DNA of 64,000 nt from Candidatus Kerfeldbacteria bacterium (GTDB lineage Bacteria; Patescibacteriota; Patescibacteriia; SBBC01; CAIJZX01). Position 1 is the first letter of the stretch. Every line of letters starts with the position of its first letter. The position numbers were made by a program, and so were the translations under genes. The DNA is taken from positions 756,257 to 820,256 of the forward strand of contig CAVSWO010000002.1 in NCBI GenBank assembly GCA_963731735.1, written 5' to 3'. The notes beneath the pieces were generated by a model. It was not told the DNA's origin. It ran no database searches and was given only the letters and a program-made list of their open reading frames with translations. Shown piece after piece: positions 8,753 to 17,760 of the stretch.

Positions 8753-9043
8753 TTACTGCTCATAAATCTCCTCCAAAATCCACGTCAGCTCTTCGGGGTC
8801 GTAAATCAGGACGTAGCTGTTGGCCTCATCCGAAACCGCGAAGCACCACTGCCAGCGGTCGCCGTGCTGCCGCTTGTAGGCCAGGTTGACCTTTTTGATC
8901 ACGTATTTCCGTCCCGACCAGACAAAAGCCAGCGGCCGGACCTTCGGCCCGGCAAAATCCACCGCCACCCGAATCGGATCCCGGATCTTTTCAGGGGTAG
9001 AGGAGGGGAGATTGAGCGGGGCGTTTTGGCCGCGATTGGACAT
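8753..9043 (-). CDS. hypothetical protein
   Basis: 96-aa ORF; no recognisable motif. Confidence 0.4.
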   Translation of the reverse strand: MSNRGQNAPLNLPSSTPEKIRDPIRVAVDFAGPKVRPLAFVWSGRKYVIKKVNLAYKRQHGDRWQWCFAVSDEANSYVLIYDPEELTWILEEIYEQ

Positions 9044-9092
9044 AGGGTGATTATAGTATAACCCGAATAAAAACCGAAGGTCAATACTTTGC

Positions 9093-9815
9093 CTAAAACC
9101 TCAGAAGCCTGCCCCGGCTCGTGAGCCGGGGAAACCCGAAGTCAAGAGATATCTTGAAGAACGGGGATGTCAGCGGTATGGCAAAAAAAACTACCCGAGG
9201 GGAGGGTAGTTTAGGGTTGGTGGAGGAAGCAGATCTCAATCTGCTGGAATTCCGGGAGGCATCCGATGCGTTGGAGCCAGCCAATGACTTGAGCTTCCGG
9301 TAGAAGTGACTTGCCTGGCGACCGAATTGGCGGCGGAGTTGCGTCCCCCCGGCAATTACCAGCGGCAAACCCTGGGCTTCGGGCAGCGCCTGTTGGTGCA
9401 ACCAGCGCAAGGCTTGGAAAGTCAGCGGACAGGGGTGGGACAACCGAATACGCCGTCGTGGCTTGATTTGATTCGCCAGGGCTTGCGCCTTGGCAATGAC
9501 GCCGGGATCGTCGATCAGCGCCAAGGTTGGTTTCAGACGAGGAGCCGTATCTTCCGGATGCGGTTTGATCACCACCGATGCGCCGGACTGCCGACGCCAG
9601 GCCTCGGCCAAATCCTGGATTGCCTGCAACGGGGTGGAGCCGGGTTGGATCAGGATCTCCGCCGACTGGCAAGAATTTTTGCCATGCCGAGCGACACTGC
9701 GAATACCGAACGGTGTCGGCCACAGGGTCAGGTCGAGCGTGTATTGTCGGTGGACCGTGACCGGAATTTGACACCAATATCCCATGATACCGGGTTGCCG
9801 TTCGGTCCAATCCAA
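9093..9815 (-). CDS. hypothetical protein (most protein-like of three overlapping ORFs)
   Basis: Contains VVIKPHPED, LALIDDPGVIAKAQALANQ and LPLVIAGG stretches. The competing frames are Pro/Arg/Gly-rich low-complexity. Confidence 0.3.
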   Translation of the reverse strand: MDWTERQPGIMGYWCQIPVTVHRQYTLDLTLWPTPFGIRSVARHGKNSCQSAEILIQPGSTPLQAIQDLAEAWRRQSGASVVIKPHPEDTAPRLKPTLALIDDPGVIAKAQALANQIKPRRRIRLSHPCPLTFQALRWLHQQALPEAQGLPLVIAGGTQLRRQFGRQASHFYRKLKSLAGSNASDASRNSSRLRSASSTNPKLPSPRVVFFAIPLTSPFFKISLDFGFPRLTSRGRLLRF

Positions 9816-10030
9816 GAAGGGACGAAAATACGGTTGCGGCGGGATGGGAACATCGAGTTCCCGAAAAACGTTTCGGAGCGCAGTTTACCCGCGGGAGCCA
9901 CATGATGGTTCCTCCATGAACGGGGGTGGAAAGGGCAGAAACAGGATTGTTCCCAGGCTAGCACGATCACCGGGATTAGGCGAGATCCTATTGACGGGGG
10001 AGTATGCTCGCGATAAAATTTGTATATAAG

Positions 10031-10158
10031 AAAGCCGTCGCAATAAATAGCGCCGTCGCATAAAAAGAAAAATACACTCCCCGTTCTTCGAAAAGTATCG
10101 GAAATATTTACGAAAACGGTTTTCTTTCAGCAGCGCCGTCGCTTGAGAGCGCCGTCGC
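10031..10158 (+). promoter_or_regulatory. iteron-like direct repeats (4x GCCGTCGC / AGCGCCGTCGC) around a GAAAACgGTTTTC palindrome in a divergent intergenic region
   Basis: Copies at 10033-42, 10049-59, 10133-43 and 10148-58, with 15-17-bp spacing within each pair. An AT-rich spacer holding the 10111-10124 palindrome separates the pairs. Confidence 0.45.
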
Positions 10159-10270
10159 AAAAAATGTAGATAACTCAAGATTCTTTCCCAAATATGTATA
10201 TATCCAAAGATTCTCCGGTCCCGAATTCGGATTGGGACGTGCTCATTCCATAACCGGGAAGGCGGTTAGC

Positions 10271-10363
10271 CCTTCCCACCTCCTCGCCGCGCGGCGTTCT
10301 TACCAAGTCAAACGCCAAGCCACCAAAGTTTGTCTATCCCGCGTCGGTGAGGAGATGGGAGGG
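10271..10363 (+). ncRNA. candidate structured element, copy 1 (pyrimidine arm / conserved TTACCAA..CCAAAGTTTGTCTATC / purine arm)
   Basis: CCCTTCCCACCTCCTC pairs with GAGGAGATGGGAGGG. A second copy at 13191-13302 has compensatory arm changes. Copy 1 lies in the 5' leader of the lipoprotein gene. Confidence 0.4.
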
Positions 10364-10473
10364 AAAAAAGCACATTACAAGTTGAGAGGAGGTGAAGTTG
10401 ACGAGTCTGGTTGGTGCTAACCTTTTCAGTTTCTCACGAGGTGTCAAATGACGCCGAAACAAAGGAGTCCGCC

Positions 10474-11235
10474 GTGAAAAAGTGGTGTTTGATTCTTCCG
10501 CTGTTGATTGTGCTGGTAACGAGTTGTGCGAAACAGCAGTCGCATCTTGTGCAACCCGATGTTGCGGAGTTGCGCGGGCAACTCTACGGCTATTTGGAAA
10601 TTCCTCGCGCTGACTGGCCTGTCGAAAAGCGACCGGAGGTACTCGGATACCTTGGCAAGCATCAACTGCCGATTGGATATACGACGATCTCCCTTTCGGC
10701 CGACAGCCTGACCTACACTTTGCAGCGTACACTGCCGACCGACAGTCTGGAATTGACGGTAGGTGGCCAACCAGCGGAACTCCAAGCCGATGGATCGTTC
10801 ATCGTACATAATGTGCCACTCGGCACACAAACGGTGATATTTTCCTATCGGGGGTTACCGGTCAGGACGCAGTCTGTCGAAATCGTCGCGGGGCAACACA
10901 AACTGGAGCTGCAAATCCAGCGAGTGGTTGATACTTGCTGTGAGATGACTTCACAGCATCCAACCGCAAATCAGTCGACTACTTCGATTCCGTGCCTCGA
11001 CAACAACGGATTCGGCCCGAGTAATTTCATCTACAGCGACTGTTACGTCAGCCTGTTGTACGGTCCTCCGTGGTACAGCTGGATGTGCTGGTCAGAAGCT
11101 ATGGATCGCTTCCATGACCACTACGGAAATATCTGGTGCAACGGAAGTCACAATTGCTCGCTCTGGGTTCACGGATGGGACTGGAACAAGCAATACTGGC
11201 ATCGCCATTCCTGGCCATGGGCACCGCGCTGGTAA
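10474..11235 (+). CDS. lipoprotein with Ig-like middle region and a Trp/His/Cys-rich C-terminal tail
   Basis: AAAGGAG then GTG start. Signal peptide with lipobox LVTSC. The C-terminal 80 aa contain 11 Trp, 9 His and 8 Cys. Confidence 0.55.
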   Translation: MKKWCLILPLLIVLVTSCAKQQSHLVQPDVAELRGQLYGYLEIPRADWPVEKRPEVLGYLGKHQLPIGYTTISLSADSLTYTLQRTLPTDSLELTVGGQPAELQADGSFIVHNVPLGTQTVIFSYRGLPVRTQSVEIVAGQHKLELQIQRVVDTCCEMTSQHPTANQSTTSIPCLDNNGFGPSNFIYSDCYVSLLYGPPWYSWMCWSEAMDRFHDHYGNIWCNGSHNCSLWVHGWDWNKQYWHRHSWPWAPRW

Positions 11236-11337
11236 TACAACAACGGGCCGTGAACCCGATTTTCCCCGAGCCTTCGGTCACGGACGAGGGCTCCCATTTT
11301 CTGTAGAATACTTTATACTTTATCCCAACACTTTCAT

Positions 11338-11589
11338 TTGTACTACATTATGAATGTTTCATCGAAAACTCGTTGGATGACTTCGCTGCTCGGGTATGTT
11401 GCCGGGATTATCGTGATTGGACCATTTCTTTCATTCCTGGGGGCGGCAATGGTGTATTGGTCACTTGGCCAACCATGGTTGCGTTCGCGACGCCCCTGGC
11501 CTTCAATCGCTCTCATTCTTATAACTATGCTCACGATCGAGTTCATCTTCGTTCTATTTCTGGGACGATTAGTCCAAAACTCGATGTAA
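11338..11589 (+). CDS. small membrane protein (2 TM)
   Basis: Hydrophobic 83-aa ORF. Confidence 0.4.
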   Translation: MYYIMNVSSKTRWMTSLLGYVAGIIVIGPFLSFLGAAMVYWSLGQPWLRSRRPWPSIALILITMLTIEFIFVLFLGRLVQNSM

Positions 11590-11631
11590 CCAGCGATTCA
11601 TGATCTTCTAAAAAGTTTTATACTCGTAAGC

Positions 11632-11892
11632 ATGAAACGAAATATTTTGCTCACTACCGGTATCTACCTTACAATTGCTGCGGTATCACAAATCGTGTGG
11701 TGCAGTAGTTTTGCATCAAGTCTGTCGGCAGCAGCATGTATCCAAGAAACTATTGGTTACAGCCTGTTATGGCCAATTTTTCTTGTCCTCCGAGCGGGCA
11801 GCAATGCCTACACCTTGGTTGCACTAATCATTCTCCTGGGCGGAGTAGGATGGATATCTTTTACTCGAAAGCAGAGGAGAGAAAATATGTAA
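11632..11892 (+). CDS. small membrane protein (3 TM)
   Basis: Hydrophobic 86-aa ORF. Confidence 0.4.
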   Translation: MKRNILLTTGIYLTIAAVSQIVWCSSFASSLSAAACIQETIGYSLLWPIFLVLRAGSNAYTLVALIILLGGVGWISFTRKQRRENM

Positions 11893-11906
11893 TTCGATTC
11901 CAGAGT

Positions 11907-12428
11907 ATGAATTTTACAGACACAGCTCTCTCACTACTCAAACCGGGCGACGCCGTGCTAGACCTTGGAGCTGGAGCTGGATCATTTGCGGCCGAATGTG
12001 TTGACCGTCAAGCAAACGTTACGGCAGTCGATCGACGCCAACCAGTCGAACAACATCCCGATATTGACTGGCGCATAATGGATGTTCGCGGTTTTATTGA
12101 GGGTCTGAAAGACACCGACATGTATCGCCTTATCCACTCCCGTAATTTGATTCAATTTCTCGATATGGATTGGTCGAAGCGCGTACTTTTTCCAACCCTA
12201 CAAAAACACCTGCTTCCCGGTGGCATGATTGGCATCCAGACGTTTTACCAGGATCCGGAACCGACATTTGAGCGACCCATCTCTTCGCGCTATACCGCAG
12301 CTGATCTTGAGGTGCTCTTGCAACCGATGGAAGTGATTGATGCAAAAATGTTTCGTCACGCTGGTCCGGACATGCGGGGAGTACCGCGGATATTTTTCAT
12401 TACCACCATCATCGCCCGCAAACCTTGA
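11907..12428 (+). CDS. class I SAM-dependent methyltransferase
   Basis: Motif I VLDLGAGAGSFA. The ORF is open from 11736 and the start is uncertain. Confidence 0.65.
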   Translation: MNFTDTALSLLKPGDAVLDLGAGAGSFAAECVDRQANVTAVDRRQPVEQHPDIDWRIMDVRGFIEGLKDTDMYRLIHSRNLIQFLDMDWSKRVLFPTLQKHLLPGGMIGIQTFYQDPEPTFERPISSRYTAADLEVLLQPMEVIDAKMFRHAGPDMRGVPRIFFITTIIARKP

Positions 12429-12599
12429 CGCCATCGCCAAAGGGCGTATACTAAAAACATTAACGGTGGCTTGGCAACGAGTGACCGCGTTTTGTATGCG
12501 CGTAGGCGATTGTCGGTGGCCAATCGCGTAGGCAGATGCATGGCAATGGCACCAACGCACCAGAAGTATGGTTTGTGTTGGCATGAAAGGAACTGAGGT

Positions 12600-13007
12600 A
12601 TGGACCTCAACAAAGTTACCCTGATCGGGAACATGGTTCGGGAGCCGGAAGGTCGCCGGTTGCCCTCGGGCCAGCAAATTACCAAGTTTAGCCTGGCGAC
12701 CAATTATGCCTGGCAGGACGCCAAGACCAAGGCCAAAAAGGAAGCGGTCGACTTCCACGACGTGATTGCCTGGGGCAAACTCGGCGAGATTGTCCAGCAG
12801 TACGTCAAGAAAGGCAGCAAGATTTACGTGGAAGGTCGCCTGCGGAATCGCAAATATACGACCAAGGACGGCCAAAAGCGGACCGCCAAGGAAATTGTGG
12901 CGGATAACATGATCATGCTTGGTCACCGCTCAACCAAGACCGGCGACCCGGTTAACCGCAAGTTGGTCAAGGAGGATGTCGATGTGGAGGACGTCAGCGA
13001 AGAATAA
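12600..13007 (+). CDS. ssb: single-stranded DNA-binding protein
   Basis: MDLNKVTLIGNMVREPE...acidic C-terminus DVEDVSEE; OB-fold SSB pattern. Confidence 0.9.
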   Translation: MDLNKVTLIGNMVREPEGRRLPSGQQITKFSLATNYAWQDAKTKAKKEAVDFHDVIAWGKLGEIVQQYVKKGSKIYVEGRLRNRKYTTKDGQKRTAKEIVADNMIMLGHRSTKTGDPVNRKLVKEDVDVEDVSEE

Positions 13008-13016
13008 CCTCCCCGT

Positions 13017-13145
13017 GTATCCCTGAGCCCCGGCGTAGCCGGGCGTGCGAAGGGTCTCTCCCGGGAACAAGGCTGTTCTGGTTCTGAGATCCTTCGCTCC
13101 GCCCGCCTTCGCTAAAGCTACGGCGGACTACGCTCAGGAATACAC
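13017..13145 (-). repeat. REP-like units B and A in reverse complement, downstream of ssb
   Basis: 13017-13061 is the reverse complement of unit B with a CCCGGCtacGCCGGG stem. 13086-13145 is the reverse complement of unit A. Confidence 0.7.
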
Positions 13146-13190
13146 CTCGTTCCGCACCGGCGAAGCAAAGCCACGACTGGTGCGGGGCTG

Positions 13191-13302
13191 CCCCCTCTCC
13201 ACTGTGCCGGATTTGCTGGGCATGCTCTCCTCAATCATTGAAGGGAGTTACCAAAGTTTGTCTATCAGCTCAGCCGATCCACGGGCAGTGGGGAGAGGGG
13301 AG
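13191..13302 (+). ncRNA. candidate structured element, copy 2
   Basis: CCCCCTCTCCACTG pairs with CAGTGGGGAGAGGGGAG. It shares TTACCAAAGTTTGTCTATC with copy 1 and lies upstream of the NUDIX gene. Confidence 0.4.
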
Positions 13303-13385
13303 AAATAAGTATTTAGAATGGTGCTATAATTTACTGGGTAATGTTCTAGCCACGATACTATACTATAGTTACATACCAATATATT

Positions 13386-13925
13386 ATGATGAATCAAAAT
13401 GGATCTTGGAGGGAGAAGTCTCGCGAGCTTTATTTTCAAAAGTATTCGCGGAAAATTGAAAAGGTTGAGTACGAGCTTCCGGATGGATCGGTAACGGATT
13501 TCTATATTAAACGCGAGGGACCCGCTGCTTGCGTAGTCGCATTAACCCCCAAGAATGAAGTAATTTTGTTCGAGCAATTTCGTCCAGGCCCGAATAAAGT
13601 TCTTAAGGAATTACCTGGCGGCTATATCGAAAAAGACGAAGATCCGATTGCGGGCATGCAACGAGAGCTGCTTGAAGAAATAGGATATTCGGGCCGGGTA
13701 CAATTTGTTACCACATGTTCTGATGATGCTTACTCAACGATGGTTCGTCACTGTTATGTCGCTACGGACTGTATAAAGGCATCCGAACCAAAATCGGACC
13801 CAAAAGAAACAGGAAAGATGATATTGATGCCACTTGAAAAGTTCCGCAATTTACTTCGGTCCGGTGAAATGACTGATGTGGAGGTCGGATATCTGGGACT
13901 CGATTTTCTACATAAGCTAGCGTAG
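13386..13925 (+). CDS. NUDIX hydrolase (ADP-ribose pyrophosphatase-like)
   Basis: Nudix box GGYIEKDEDPIAGMQRELLEEIGY. Confidence 0.8.
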   Translation: MMNQNGSWREKSRELYFQKYSRKIEKVEYELPDGSVTDFYIKREGPAACVVALTPKNEVILFEQFRPGPNKVLKELPGGYIEKDEDPIAGMQRELLEEIGYSGRVQFVTTCSDDAYSTMVRHCYVATDCIKASEPKSDPKETGKMILMPLEKFRNLLRSGEMTDVEVGYLGLDFLHKLA

Positions 13926-13974
13926 GACGCCAGCATAGTAGTGTCTTAAATAAAGAATATATATTGAATTATTT

Positions 13975-14004
13975 GCGCCGTCGCGACGGCGCGGTTTTCT
14001 GTAG
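13975..14004 (+). terminator. palindromic hairpin terminator
   Basis: GCGCCGTCGCGACGGCGC followed by GGTTTTCTG. The same 18-bp palindrome recurs at 26726-26743. Confidence 0.6.
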
Positions 14005-14285
14005 ACAACTTGGCATTGACGACGTCTGCATAAGGCGTAGACTGAAATTACAAACCGGTGGCCTGGTTCGGTCGAGTTCTCTCGACGGAGTTGAGCCATC
14101 GTTTTTTGTTCATCCGATACTTCGGTATCGGCTGTCCCAAATCTGGTGAGGATCGATGGCTCATCGATTGGCTTGGGCGATCTTTACAACCAAGGAGGTG
14201 ATCAAACCCACGTATTGGCAGTGTCCATTGGCCGCGTACGAAAAACGTGAGGTGTCCGATGACGCCGAAAACCAGGAGTCCTACA

Positions 14286-14495
14286 ATGAAGAAGCTGCAA
14301 GGGCTGTTTCCGATGATGGTCGTGCTGTTGGCAGGGATGCTGCTATCCCTGACGGGGTGTGGTGAACACGGACATTCGGTCGTCGGACCGGAAGTTCAGC
14401 AATCGGCTACGCCGGCACCGGATTCGGTCGGTGGTATCGATCGGCCGGGGGTGGGGCCGGAGAAAGGCTGGCCAGCGACCCTCGAACTGCGTTGA
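14286..14495 (+). CDS. small lipoprotein
   Basis: AGGAG 7 nt upstream of ATG. Signal peptide with lipobox LTGC. Its 40-nt leader 14245-14285 is conserved with 10431-10473. Confidence 0.5.
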   Translation: MKKLQGLFPMMVVLLAGMLLSLTGCGEHGHSVVGPEVQQSATPAPDSVGGIDRPGVGPEKGWPATLELR

Positions 14496-15757
14496 TTCGC
14501 GAGGGTTACTATAGCGTCGATCGCCATTACGACGGTCGCTATACGCAGACGTACCGAGGGAATGCGACCGGCATTGGTCGATGTTGACGGTACGATCCCA
14601 ATGGTATAGTTGATCAGGTCCTGGTATAGGGACACTATGCTCGGATCTGGAACGGCAGATGGCCGAGCGACTTATTTTTCAATATCAACGGTATTCCCGT
14701 AGCAACCTGAATCGGTTCGTGCGTCGGTGCACAACCGACGTGACTTAGCGGACGGGGGTCATGGTGTGCATCTCGCGAGGTCAATCTACCTCACATTCCG
14801 GTCGGCCACTTTTCGGCACAACGCGCATATGAACGCGCGTGGGGTTACGGGATCAATCCAAATTTCCGGGTGATGTGATCGAAACGACCTGGAAGCAATG
14901 GACTTACGGCCTTAGTCGTGGCCGTATGTCAGGGGTACCTCGGATGGTATGAAAGCGTTCAACCATGTCGCGGGATGCGACACGAATGGATCGGCGACAA
15001 GCATCGCATGCCCACCATAAATTGAATACCGGGGTGGCTATAGGATCTGGAAGCTACCCGCTTGGACAACCTCGAAGTGTTACCGCATAAACCGTGTGAA
15101 GGGGGGAAAAGCATCTGTAGTACCCTTCTCTTTTTTATCCCAACGAGTACAATAATTTATTAGCCATCGCAAATGACATATAGAATAAATAAGTTTCATT
15201 TTCTAGCTTTGTCATGTGGTCTGGCGCTTATTTTTCAGGCATTGTCATCATCAGGATCTGCGAACATAATCAGACGGCTCAAAAACAGTCGAATTCAATC
15301 AATTGGCTGGCGTTTTACCGGTTATCAATACCGGTAACAAGTTAAACGCCAAGCCTTTGGACAACCTGATACAACCTGGTGCGACTTATCGGATAAAAAA
15401 TTTTGAAATTATGAATCCAATCATACAGATTTGTCGTCGAGAACGTTCCAACTATTTCCATTAGCATCCCAATAAAAAACATTGACCAAGCGAACACCCT
15501 ACTAACGAAATCGAGCCATATGCGATTGCCTTGCAATTACGCAAGTAACTCTTCAAGGGAAGTCAGTGTGATCGTCGTCATCTTATCAAGTCAAAGCCAA
15601 ATTCCCGGCAACAGCGCTGTTTCGAGGATGCGATTCGAGAAGTTATCCACTCGAATATTCAAATCAGTCCGTTATCCTCAGTATATATTAACCCGGCGAT
15701 GTGAATCTGTGATATCCTGGAGAAGCCATTATAAATACTATCATTTGGGGACAGCGT

Positions 15758-16354
15758 ATGAAATGGAACCTCACTATCGTCCTGATTTCCGCCACGCTGG
15801 TTGGATTACTTTGGTTTACCTTTCACGATGCAAATACACCAGCGGGTTCTCAAGAACCAACCGTCTATTACACTAAGGGTCTGATTCAACAATTTGATGG
15901 AACGCCACGCGGATCGTACGAGCTGTACAGAATTCGCGGATTTGATGGCCAACCTGAAATCGTAACCAGCGACCCTGGTAACTCATACCTTCCGCCCCCG
16001 TTGATCCGCCCCAAATATGTAGCCACACGTCCCCACAATTACCCGTACGGATCCGGCCAGGCGATTGATTTTCCATCCTTAACCATTGGCCTGAATGCCG
16101 ATGGAGAACGGCAGGTGACGAATCCTCCGGACATTCCAAACACCGTATACCCGGGTGATGCGATTCTTAGTCCCGATGATCGTTTCTTTGCACAGTCGGC
16201 TGCCGTTTGTACGGAAGTAACCCTGGATGAACCCTGTCCAACAGCCAGCGTGTTGGATATCTATGATTATCAAACGGGGAATATCTGGCATTTTAATCCG
16301 GACCAAGGCGGAGCATTTCGAAGGGATGTTGCCACACCTTTTCCTTCTAGATGA
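15758..16354 (+). CDS. hypothetical membrane-anchored/secreted protein
   Basis: N-terminal TM helix; 198 aa. Confidence 0.5.
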   Translation: MKWNLTIVLISATLVGLLWFTFHDANTPAGSQEPTVYYTKGLIQQFDGTPRGSYELYRIRGFDGQPEIVTSDPGNSYLPPPLIRPKYVATRPHNYPYGSGQAIDFPSLTIGLNADGERQVTNPPDIPNTVYPGDAILSPDDRFFAQSAAVCTEVTLDEPCPTASVLDIYDYQTGNIWHFNPDQGGAFRRDVATPFPSR

Positions 16355-16435
16355 CCATGAACTGCTGGTTGACCTTGAAGGTTTACAGGAACGATCACAC
16401 AATATTACGCCATTGTTGATCTCAACACTGGAAAA

Positions 16436-16999
16436 ATGCATTTCGTGTACGATAACGAGCAGAGCATCATAAATTATCAAATGTTGAATGTTATTGATGA
16501 TAACACCATCCTTGCTCTTCGCTGGCCGTTTGCGAGCGAAAATGCATCCGATGCCTTGGTGAAGTTTAATTTTATTCAGAGGAAAGACGTGGTGATTTTG
16601 GAATTTCCAGAAGCAGCTTGTCCGGAATTGAATTTTCCGATTACACAAATGGGGTATTTCTTCTCACCAGATTACAAAGGCCTGGATTACCGCAACATAC
16701 CCACAAACACTAATCGAGTGCTGGCTCAAACCGGAGAAGTCCGGGCACTTTCCGCTGACGGGAACTACGTGGTGACTTTTGAAGCCTACACCGATACCGC
16801 CGGGTACGGTTCCGGACGGCTGGTGCTTTGGGATACCGTTCAACACCGTTCACGGGTTATATATGACCAGAAATTTGGTAGCGGCAATTCGGGTCCCGTT
16901 AATGCCGACCCAAACCCACCCCTTCAAGTTGGGGATAGTATCTACGGTTTCGTCGGAATGGACATGAATGGCATTCCGGTATTCATGCCCGCCTACTAG
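16436..16999 (+). CDS. hypothetical protein
   Basis: 187-aa ORF in the same frame as the previous gene, but separated from it by four in-frame TGA codons. Confidence 0.45.
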   Translation: MHFVYDNEQSIINYQMLNVIDDNTILALRWPFASENASDALVKFNFIQRKDVVILEFPEAACPELNFPITQMGYFFSPDYKGLDYRNIPTNTNRVLAQTGEVRALSADGNYVVTFEAYTDTAGYGSGRLVLWDTVQHRSRVIYDQKFGSGNSGPVNADPNPPLQVGDSIYGFVGMDMNGIPVFMPAY

Positions 17000-17312
17000 G
17001 CAATCAGAAGAAAAGTTGCGATTTAACCCAACAACCGCCATGATCAAACCAATATTACGAGAAATCTATATAACACATTGGATTAGAGCCTACCGGACAG
17101 TATAATCCAGCTGTACACTTTCTTGATTTGACATTTAGATAGTACTGATTTATAGTCAGTTTAGACAAGTCGGTGGCTTTATTCAGGAGTGCCTCTTAGC
17201 GCTCCGGGAGTGAGTTGCCGGTTTTTCGTATCCGCGCGACTTTGGCGGATTAGTAATTGCGGCCAGGAGCATCCTGGTTGTCTAGAGTTCTTTGACAGCA
17301 GGAGGGGGTTCC

Positions 17313-17687
17313 ATGAAAAACGCATCGGTCGTACACGTGGTGACCAGCGAACTCGAGCGGTTCCTGGTCGTGGCAGAGCAGTACCATCGGGAGACCGGTC
17401 AGCAGGCGGTCATGCCAGCTTGTCCGGTCGATTCCGAATGGCATCGGCTGATCGGACTGCCCGATGAGTATCAGGCGCTTTGTTTGCGTGCCGTCAATCG
17501 AGACGTAAAGCACCTGCCGATGAAGGGTACGGGTGAGATCGCCTGGACTCCGGTTTACGAGCAACTGTTCGGTCGACTGCCTGAGGTCTGGTTTCAGGGC
17601 CCGGATGGCACACTCAACGAAGCAAGCTGGCTCCGGTACCTCCAAACCGGAAGGTTCTACGCGTCCTGGGACTGCGTCCCGAATTAA
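17313..17687 (+). CDS. hypothetical protein
   Basis: GGAGGG RBS 7 nt upstream of ATG 17313. Confidence 0.4.
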   Translation: MKNASVVHVVTSELERFLVVAEQYHRETGQQAVMPACPVDSEWHRLIGLPDEYQALCLRAVNRDVKHLPMKGTGEIAWTPVYEQLFGRLPEVWFQGPDGTLNEASWLRYLQTGRFYASWDCVPN

Positions 17688-17760
17688 AACTCACTGGTGG
17701 GACTGATCATGTTAAATCCTGTTTCAGTCCCACCCAACTTTTCAATAAGGGTGAATCCCT

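Noticed and set aside
9211-9905. Two further long ORFs (9211-9903 -, 9306-9905 +) overlapping 9093-9815
   Set aside because: They are low-complexity Pro/Arg/Gly/Ser-rich translations. Only the 9093-9815 frame has protein-like segments, and even that call is weak.
12198-12926. 242-codon ORF on the - strand
   Set aside because: It is entirely antisense to ssb and the methyltransferase, Arg/Leu-rich with no motif. It is a typical GC-rich antisense ORF.
16352-16436. Possible UGA recoding: four in-frame TGA codons between two same-frame ORFs (15758-16354 and 16436-16999)
   Set aside because: All well-recognised genes in the window (gpmI, ackA, dinB, tag and others) terminate at TGA/TAA/TAG consistent with the standard code. 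This is therefore read as two genes, not as code 25 read-through.
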